A DNA stretch of 6,135 bases, taken from positions 1 to 6,135 of the IMG/VR virus record IMGVR_UViG_3300030397_000117; one strand, given 5' to 3'. Each line of letters opens with the position of its first letter. The stretch's first letter is position 1. Source of the DNA: a virus. The position numbers were made by a program, and so were the translations under genes. The notes under the pieces were generated by a model. The model made no database searches. It was given only the letters and a program-made list of their open reading frames with translations, and was not told the origin of the DNA. Positions 1 to 4,367 of this stretch are shown one piece after another.

Positions 1-123
1 TTTGCTTTCATTGTTAGCTATTTCCATATTGTACCACGCTGTATTTGCTGTTGCTTTTATCTGTGCTACTCTGTCGCTTAGACTTTCCCATTGATATTGT
101 TCGTCCAGTTGTTTAATTCTGTT
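1..123. repeat. Terminal direct repeat, copy A (identical to 6013-6135); circular-assembly overlap
   Basis: Base-by-base comparison: 1-123 (tttgctttcattgttagc...gtttaattctgtt) equals 6013-6135. Offset is 6,012 nt. Confidence 0.92.
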
Positions 124-651
124 CTCTGTTTTTGTTAACAGTTCTTGCGCTTTTTTGTTCTTTATCCCTTGTGATAAATCACTTATTTGCATTTTTGTTA
201 AGTCTGTGTCCACACCTTCTTTTTTGTCTGCATCTACGTTTAAGTTTCTTGCTTGCGCTTCTTTCAGTTTTATGTCTGCTGCTGTTTGCGCTGCTGCCAC
301 CATGTTGTCTATGTCCATTGGTTGCGGTGCTGGTGCATTTCCGCTTGCTGCGTTTCCCCCGCTTTGACTTCCTGTTGTTCCTCCTGCGCCCGACATTCCG
401 TACATTAGCCCTGTGCTTAGTCCTGCTTCTTCAAGCATTGCTACTTGTGCCGGGAAGTTTGTCTTTTTCCACATTTCGTATTGCAGGTCTGATCCCTGTT
501 TGTTCAGTTTTTGTTGGTGTCCGAATTGCAATCCCATCAGTTCTTTTTGATTTTCCATTGCGCGATCTTCTCTTTTGCGCTGTCCTATCATTGATAACAT
601 TGCTGTTGTTGCTCCTATTCCTGCGCTTGCTGCGCCATCCCATATACTCAT
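1..651 (-). CDS. VP2: VP2-like minor capsid / DNA pilot protein, N-terminal 217 codons (gene continues across the circular junction into 6012->5692; full length 323 aa)
   Basis: Plus-strand triplets 1-3, 4-6 ... 649-651 contain no TTA/CTA/TCA, so there is no minus-strand stop. ATG at 651-649 follows an in-frame TAA at 660-658. Hand translation: MSIWDGAASAGIGATTAMLSMIGQRKREDRAMENQKELMGLQFGHQQKLNKQGSDLQYEMWKKTNFPAQVAMLEEAGLSTGLMYGMSGAGGTTGSQSGGNAASGNAPAPQPMDIDNMVAAAQTAADIKLKEAQARNLNVDADKKEGVDTDLTKMQISDLSQGIKNKKAQELLTKTENRIKQLDEQYQWESLSDRVAQIKATANTAWYN. It then runs in frame into MEIANNESKL, the start of the 115-aa track ORF. A Gly/Ala-rich hydrophobic N-terminus followed by a Q/K/E-rich helical region is typical of microvirus pilot proteins. 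The function is assigned from size, position and composition only. Confidence 0.8.
   Translation of the reverse strand, partial: MSIWDGAASAGIGATTAMLSMIGQRKREDRAMENQKELMGLQFGHQQKLNKQGSDLQYEMWKKTNFPAQVAMLEEAGLSTGLMYGMSGAGGTTGSQSGGNAASGNAPAPQPMDIDNMVAAAQTAADIKLKEAQARNLNVDADKKEGVDTDLTKMQISDLSQGIKNKKAQELLTKTENRIKQLDEQYQWESLSDRVAQIKATANTAWYNMEIANNESK
431..643 (-). CDS. Overlapping alternative-frame ORF inside VP2: 70 aa, strongly basic (19 K/R vs 5 D/E). Speculative J/ORF8-like DNA-binding protein, or a frame artefact
   Basis: Track ORF MGWRSKRRNRSNNSNVINDRTAQKRRSRNGK... starts 8 nt downstream of the VP2 ATG in another frame. It is the only alternative-frame minus-strand ORF of 60 aa or more in the track. 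There is no independent support. Confidence 0.15.
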   Translation of the reverse strand: MGWRSKRRNRSNNSNVINDRTAQKRRSRNGKSKRTDGIAIRTPTKTEQTGIRPAIRNVEKDKLPGTSSNA

Positions 652-657
652 GATTTC

Positions 658-789
658 TTAGTTTTTAGTTAATTCTCTTAATATTTTCCTGTACGCTTCT
701 TTTGTTACAGCGTTGTTTGTTTCGCTTATTACTCTTAGTATGTTTGTTATTACATACGCTTCTTCTACTGTTAAGTTTACTGTTATCAT
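658..789 (-). CDS. Small hypothetical protein, 43 aa, missing from the ORF track (too short)
   Basis: ATG at 789-787 and TAA at 660-658. Hand translation: MITVNLTVEEAYVITNILRVISETNNAVTKEAYRKILRELTKN. It fills the gap between the 790-895 structured island and VP2 and ends 6 nt before the VP2 ATG. It shows the same A-ending codon habit and the same A-rich, SD-less leader (gaaaaaATG) as the other genes. Confidence 0.4.
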   Translation of the reverse strand: MITVNLTVEEAYVITNILRVISETNNAVTKEAYRKILRELTKN

Positions 790-794
790 TTTTT

Positions 795-865
795 CGCGTC
801 TTTTTTGGTTAAAAAAGCGGCACGCCCCTTGGTAGTAATGAATAGACGCGTACCGCCTTCGGTAC
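795..865 (-). other. Cluster of overlapping stem-loops in a GC-rich intergenic island (candidate ssDNA/RNA structural element)
   Basis: cgcgtc 795-800 pairs with gacgcg 845-850. T6 801-806 pairs with A6 811-816 (loop ggtt). gtaccg 850-855 pairs with cggtac 860-865 (loop cctt). Positions 817-900 have 48 G+C out of 84, while the flanks are AT-rich. Confidence 0.4.
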
Positions 866-895
866 TGCCTGGCTTTCAGACAGATCGCTTGCCGT

Positions 896-1213
896 CTATG
901 TACCGGCTTCGCCGCCCTCCTCTGCTGCCTTTGCGGCTTCTTCTTCTTGCTTTTTGATTTGATCGCTTCGTGCGATGATAGATTTCTCTATGCTTCCCAT
1001 CGCTTCTGCTGCGACTTCCCATTTGTCTGATCTTATGTTATATGCGGGAATTACGCCTTCTTTTCTTTCTGTGTAGATTAGTGGCGATTCACTTCCTATC
1101 GGTTCGTTATTAGTCATGGCTCGCATGATTCTTGTTTCTAACGGTTCTCCGATTACTATTGGTATTGATTTCATTTGGCTTTTCGCCATTTTGTTTTGTT
1201 TATACGATTTCAT
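896..1213 (-). CDS. Hypothetical protein, 105 aa; possibly an internal scaffolding (VP3-like) protein, function unconfirmed
   Basis: Track ORF on the coding strand, 14-nt overlap with the upstream ORF. The core PLIYTERKEGVIPAYNIRSDKWEVAAEAM resembles, from memory only, a motif in small conserved microvirus proteins. Acidic Ala/Glu-rich tail. An alternative start at M9 (1189) would remove the overlap. Confidence 0.6.
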   Translation of the reverse strand: MKSYKQNKMAKSQMKSIPIVIGEPLETRIMRAMTNNEPIGSESPLIYTERKEGVIPAYNIRSDKWEVAAEAMGSIEKSIIARSDQIKKQEEEAAKAAEEGGEAGT

Positions 1214-1424
1214 TTTTTCTTTGTATTGCGTTTGTTAATAGTTTTATCCTTAGTCCTTCTAAGGCCATTTTTTCAAAGGGATTTATTTTGTCCTTTGTTA
1301 GCACTTTTGATATTCCGAGTGCTGCGTCTTTTGCTTCTTCGAGTGGCACTATTATTAGTACCACCCGTTCTTTTTCTTTCATGAGTTCGATTTGTTCATC
1401 TCTGCTCATATCTCTGTAACCCAT
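1200..1424 (-). CDS. Hypothetical protein, 74 aa
   Basis: Track ORF on the coding strand. It starts 4 nt after the VP1 stop codon, and its stop overlaps the next ORF's start region (ATGAAATCGTATAA). I recognise no motif. Confidence 0.5.
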   Translation of the reverse strand: MGYRDMSRDEQIELMKEKERVVLIIVPLEEAKDAALGISKVLTKDKINPFEKMALEGLRIKLLTNAIQRKNEIV

Positions 1425-1428
1425 TTTT

Positions 1429-3432
1429 CTATGGGTTTGGAATTACTTTTGCGCTCATTTTTCTGCGTGCTGTTATCCCTACTCCTATTTGTACCCAAAA
1501 GTTTTGCGCGTCCAGTTTTGTGTCTGCGAATATATGATTATATTTTGTTGGGTCAATGTATGTTGTTAGGTCTGAAAACGCTCCTGTTTGTGTGTCTGTT
1601 TCGTATCTCCTGTTATATGTCATAAACATTTCTTTATTTTGGTCTGCGAAATTTCCAAAACATTTTCCTACGCTTGTCATGTAGTTTATCCATGCTGGTT
1701 GCTTTCCGGCTGTGTTGTATGTTAATTCTCCGGTGTCGCTGTTTAGTACGGTGTTTGTCCATAACATTTGTTCTGTGATTAGGTCTTGGAATCCGATTTG
1801 GTCAAGGTCTGGTTTATGTAGGTCGTTAAATGTGTCGAGGTTCATATCCCAATCATTTCCCTGTGAGTAGTCAATTCTTGGTGTTATTGATACGATTCCC
1901 ATTATATAACAGGGTTCATCTACCTTTATTTGCATTTTACCGCCTTTGTGTTTTTTTGTCAACACTCCTCTCCCGGCTAATGTTCCTAACGGCTGTCCGG
2001 TTTCTGCTATCTGTTGCGTGTCTGCTGTGCTTATTACTTCCTGAAACGCGATTTCTTTTATTAATGAGCCATGATATACTGGTGAGAATGTTGTTCTCGC
2101 TCTTTCGTGGTCATATACTGCGTCCAGCCAGTCGTCATAACTTCCCCCGCTTATTGCTACGTTGTTTAACAGTTTGTGGATTTTCTTTGCGAGGTTTAAC
2201 GCATCTATTGTAAAACTTCCCCCGGAAGTATCTATTGATGTTACTTCGTTTATCCCTCCTGCTCCGTCTATCCAATCTGTGTTTAGCCAGTTGTTAAATA
2301 GGTCGCTTTGGTATGTTTTTAAACCTAATCCTTCTTGCGAGTATTGCATACTGTATGTTGCTTCCGCTCCTGCTCCTAATTGTGTCATTGGTAGTCCGTA
2401 TGGTGCGGGTGATCCTACATCAATTACAAATTCTCCCGATGCGTAAGGCCATTGCAATATAGCTGTCCTCATATCATCTATGTTTGATAATGGGAATTCT
2501 TCTATATTTATTTGCGGATTTTCTTCGCCTCCTAATGGTGGTACGTTTTGATTTGGTACGTCCCATTCTACTGCTCCCACTTCTACTCCGTTGTACTGGC
2601 TACAGTTTAACGTGTTTGTTGCTTCGTCCCATATAATTTGGTTAAATGCTTCCGTTACGTTATAGTCTGTTCCGTTTATCGTTATTGTGCATTGTTCCGG
2701 GTCTGGCTCTAATGCTTCTGGTAAGAATACGAACGCAACTTCTGTTAATAGTGTTCCGGTATATATTATGGTGTTGTTTAGTATGTTATCTATAAATGCA
2801 CCGTCTTCTGTTAAGTTTGCTGCTTGTACGGGTGCGCCTTGTAATGCGTTGTTTGATGTGTGTATTACAAAGCCCCTTTCTTCCTGTTTGTTAGCGTAAT
2901 AATGTTTGTATGTGTCCCAATACATTACGAGTTTTAGCGCGTTGTATCTTCTTACTGCTGGGTTTGTGTTCCCTGTGATTCTTCCTAATCCGCTTACCCC
3001 CATGTATTTTATTAATGATGATGGGTTTACGTGTTCGTTGTCGTCGTACGTTTGTACGTAGTCCGCATGATTGTTTGTTCGTAGTTCCATTTTCGGGAAA
3101 TATGCGTTTTCCATGTTATTCCCGATTTCAAGCATGTTAATCATTACACCTACGTTGTATAATCTCATAGGTATTTCAAATACGTCCATTTGCAGTTTGC
3201 AGCTTCCAAATAGCGGCCCGACTGTTGGTAACGTTTTTACGTCTGTGTTTAGGTCGATCTTTATTGTGTCCCCCGGTAGTCCTACCTTGAACATGAACGG
3301 TACGAGTGTGCCGACTGACATTGTTGTTCTAAATGGGAAACTTAGGTCATGTGTTGAGTATGGAAACTGATTTGTTGTTACGATTTGTTTCCCTCCTGCT
3401 CCGAGGCGTTTCCCGCCTAATGTGGTTTTCAT
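1429..3432 (-). CDS. VP1: Major capsid protein VP1 (Microviridae F-protein family), 667 aa
   Basis: The N-terminal signature STHDLSFPFRTTMSVGTLVPFMFKVGLPGDT ... LFGSCKLQMDVFEIPMRLYN matches the HDLS / PGD / hydrophobic-FxxPxR pattern of phiX174 F and gokushovirus VP1. It is the largest ORF and has the size expected for non-phiX microviruses. Confidence 0.95.
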   Translation of the reverse strand: MKTTLGGKRLGAGGKQIVTTNQFPYSTHDLSFPFRTTMSVGTLVPFMFKVGLPGDTIKIDLNTDVKTLPTVGPLFGSCKLQMDVFEIPMRLYNVGVMINMLEIGNNMENAYFPKMELRTNNHADYVQTYDDNEHVNPSSLIKYMGVSGLGRITGNTNPAVRRYNALKLVMYWDTYKHYYANKQEERGFVIHTSNNALQGAPVQAANLTEDGAFIDNILNNTIIYTGTLLTEVAFVFLPEALEPDPEQCTITINGTDYNVTEAFNQIIWDEATNTLNCSQYNGVEVGAVEWDVPNQNVPPLGGEENPQINIEEFPLSNIDDMRTAILQWPYASGEFVIDVGSPAPYGLPMTQLGAGAEATYSMQYSQEGLGLKTYQSDLFNNWLNTDWIDGAGGINEVTSIDTSGGSFTIDALNLAKKIHKLLNNVAISGGSYDDWLDAVYDHERARTTFSPVYHGSLIKEIAFQEVISTADTQQIAETGQPLGTLAGRGVLTKKHKGGKMQIKVDEPCYIMGIVSITPRIDYSQGNDWDMNLDTFNDLHKPDLDQIGFQDLITEQMLWTNTVLNSDTGELTYNTAGKQPAWINYMTSVGKCFGNFADQNKEMFMTYNRRYETDTQTGAFSDLTTYIDPTKYNHIFADTKLDAQNFWVQIGVGITARRKMSAKVIPNP
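1934..1962 (-). promoter_or_regulatory. Candidate internal sigma70-type promoter inside VP1 (TTGACA-N17-TAAAAT)
   Basis: On the minus strand, -35 TTGACA is at 1962-1957, the spacer is 17 nt, and -10 TAAAAT is at 1939-1934. It points toward the downstream ORF74 / ORF105 / ORF43 / VP2 block. Confidence 0.25.
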
Positions 3433-3439
3433 AAATTTC

Positions 3440-3452
3440 TGTTTTAATTGTT
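3440..3452 (-). repeat. 13-nt leader motif AACAATTAAAACA (minus strand), copy 1, 7 nt upstream of the VP1 ATG
   Basis: Plus strand tgttttaattgtt at 3440-3452 is identical to 3748-3760. Confidence 0.6.
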
Positions 3453-3741
3453 ATACATTCATTTTAGTTTGTTGCGGATTTTCATATTCCGCTGCTTTAG
3501 TGATCTTGTCGATCTCTTCTTTCTTTTCGATTAATATCATTATGACCTGTGTTAGTCTTTCCCATGATATTTTCGTTACTTCGTCTTCGGCTTCCATTTC
3601 TGATTCGTACCAGTCTGTTAGCCTGTTCTCTCCCATTATTCCGCAAAATTTTCCTTCTTTTCTTAATACGGAGAATGGTGTTCCTTCGATTACTGTTCTT
3701 TTGATTAGTTTGTCATCTGTTTTCTTATTTTTTTTTGACAT
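3451..3741 (-). CDS. Hypothetical protein, 96 aa (Lys-rich N-terminus, acidic middle)
   Basis: Track ORF on the coding strand. It ends 18 nt before the VP1 ATG and has the same 13-nt leader motif as VP1. I recognise no motif. Confidence 0.55.
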   Translation of the reverse strand: MSKKNKKTDDKLIKRTVIEGTPFSVLRKEGKFCGIMGENRLTDWYESEMEAEDEVTKISWERLTQVIMILIEKKEEIDKITKAAEYENPQQTKMNV

Positions 3742-3747
3742 GGTTTT

Positions 3748-3760
3748 TGTTTTAATTGTT
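3748..3760 (-). repeat. 13-nt leader motif AACAATTAAAACA, copy 2, 6 nt upstream of the ATG of ORF 3451-3741
   Basis: Identical to 3440-3452. Confidence 0.6.
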
Positions 3761-3778
3761 GAACTTTATTGAACTCGA

Positions 3779-3802
3779 AAAGCGCCAATTTCTTAGCGCT
3801 TT
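3779..3802 (-). terminator. Stem-loop 25 nt downstream of the stop of ORF 3827-4117 (possible attenuator or terminator)
   Basis: aaagcgc 3779-3785 pairs with gcgcttt 3796-3802 (7 bp, 10-nt loop). On the minus strand only TTTTCG follows it; the longer T tract (attttcttttt) lies on the plus-strand side. Confidence 0.3.
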
Positions 3803-3826
3803 ATTTTCTTTTTCCCTTTAAGTCTT

Positions 3827-4117
3827 TTACAGATCGAAAGATGCTTCGATGTGTAGGCGTGTTGCTTTTTTCCTGATTTCTTCGAGTGTGTTGAAATCTT
3901 CTTCGGATATTAGTCCGGCCTTTTTGATTTGCATGTTGTTTTTTGCGAGTGCTTTAAGCGTGTAACTTACGCTTGTTGTTCTTTTCTTTGGCTTTACGAT
4001 CTCTGCTTGTACTTCGATCTCTGTTGCTGCCGGGATGTTTCTTTCTCCCTTTTCGATCTTCTCTTTTGTTACCGCGTTTGCGGCTTTGTTCTGTTTTTCC
4101 ATTTCTTTTGGTGACAT
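3827..4117 (-). CDS. Hypothetical protein, 96 aa, Lys-rich; first gene downstream of the main promoter
   Basis: Track ORF on the coding strand. The candidate promoter lies about 55 nt upstream of its ATG and a hairpin follows its stop. I recognise no motif. Confidence 0.55.
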   Translation of the reverse strand: MSPKEMEKQNKAANAVTKEKIEKGERNIPAATEIEVQAEIVKPKKRTTSVSYTLKALAKNNMQIKKAGLISEEDFNTLEEIRKKATRLHIEASFDL

Positions 4118-4172
4118 GATTTTAAGTTTTTGTTATATGTTTGCGGGGTCTTTCCCCTTTTTTGTTATTGCT

Positions 4173-4202
4173 AATATACGACATTTTGCACCCCTTTGTC
4201 AA
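4173..4202 (-). promoter_or_regulatory. Candidate main promoter (TTGACA-N18-TATATT)
   Basis: On the minus strand, -35 TTGACA is at 4202-4197, the spacer is 18 nt, and -10 TATATT is at 4178-4173. It sits in the largest non-coding region and faces ORF96a / ORF96b / VP1. The same bases also read CTTG-N21-TATATTAG, one mismatch from each part of the Bacteroides-type TTTG / TAnnTTTG promoter. Confidence 0.5.
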
Positions 4203-4225
4203 GTGTTTTCCTTACTTTAACATTT

Positions 4226-4253
4226 ATTTAACATATCTTAACTTATTAGCCTT
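4226..4253 (-). other. dif-like 28-mer (candidate XerC/XerD recombination site)
   Basis: Minus strand AAGGCTAATAA-GTTAAG-ATATGTTAAAT against E. coli dif GGTGCGCATAA-TGTATA-TTATGTTAAAT gives 18/28 identities: XerD arm 10/11, XerC arm 6/11 (the GC..ATAA core is kept), central region 2/6. A second XerD-arm-like copy AAATGTTAAAG (8/11) lies at 4215-4225. Confidence 0.3.
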
Positions 4254-4291
4254 GTGGAGCTTGCGACACATGGTGTATAAAACCTGCTATC

Positions 4292-4313
4292 AATTATCGT
4301 CGCTGTGCGACAC
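4292..4313. repeat. 22-nt perfect direct repeat, copy 1 (AATTATCGTCGCTGTGCGACAC) with internal hairpin GTCGC-TGT-GCGAC
   Basis: Identical to 4368-4389. A partial third copy, TGCGACAC, is at 4262-4269. Confidence 0.85.
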
Positions 4314-4316
4314 TAC

Positions 4317-4340
4317 TGCAAGCCGTTGTCCCGGCTTGTA
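4317..4340. other. Stem-loop between the 22-nt repeats
   Basis: caagccg 4319-4325 pairs with cggcttg 4332-4338 (7 bp, loop ttgtcc). A flanking t4317-a4340 pair is possible. Confidence 0.5.
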
Positions 4341-4341
4341 C

Positions 4342-4366
4342 GAAATGCGAGGAAATCAGCATTTCC
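4342..4366. other. Two mutually exclusive stem-loops between the 22-nt repeats
   Basis: gaaatgc 4342-4348 pairs with gcatttc 4359-4365 (7 bp, 10-nt loop). Alternatively ggaaat 4351-4356 pairs with atttcc 4361-4366 (6 bp, loop cagc). Confidence 0.45.
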
Positions 4367-4367
4367 G

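Noticed and set aside
1-123. The terminal repeats as genuine biological ends (DTR, LTR or ITR of a linear phage or transposon)
   Set aside because: The repeats are direct. They lie inside a coding sequence whose frame continues through the junction, and the genome type is circular ssDNA. The overlap is best explained as an assembly over-run.
132-653. 173-aa plus-strand ORF (and the 70-aa ORF at 155-367) covering the left end of the window
   Set aside because: It is antisense to the verified VP2 frame. The product is almost pure Leu/Phe/Cys/Ser low complexity (LLLFALLPPCCLC...), as expected from reading the T-rich complement of an A-rich gene. No start-site context supports it.
817-895. The GC-rich island as a tRNA or other small RNA gene
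   Set aside because: I could not fold it into a cloverleaf (no acceptor or T-arm pairing, no GTTC-type T-loop) and it has no flanking promoter. It is treated as a structural or regulatory element instead.
3735-3763. Plus-strand TTGACA at 3735-3740 as an antisense promoter
   Set aside because: There is no -10-like hexamer at a proper spacing (gttgaa at 17 nt) and no credible plus-strand gene downstream.
4145-4163. gggg-tcttt-cccc followed by TTTTTT as a plus-strand intrinsic terminator
   Set aside because: The stem is only 4 bp and there is no plus-strand transcription unit to terminate. On the coding strand it falls in the 5' leader of ORF96a. I noted it only as part of the orientation pattern of hairpins.
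4171-4199. Second dif-like match starting with GGTGC (minus strand GGTGCAAAATGTCGTATATTAGCAATAA)
   Set aside because: Only the first five bases and a few scattered positions match E. coli dif, the XerD arm is not matched, and the sequence is better explained as the promoter spacer and -10 region.
4294-4362. 22-codon minus-strand ORF (MLISSHFVQAGTTACSSVAQRR) between the repeats
   Set aside because: It is too short, lies entirely within hairpin-forming sequence, and its shared VAQRR-stop ending is simply a consequence of the 22-nt repeat. I kept it only as a clue to a possible duplication.
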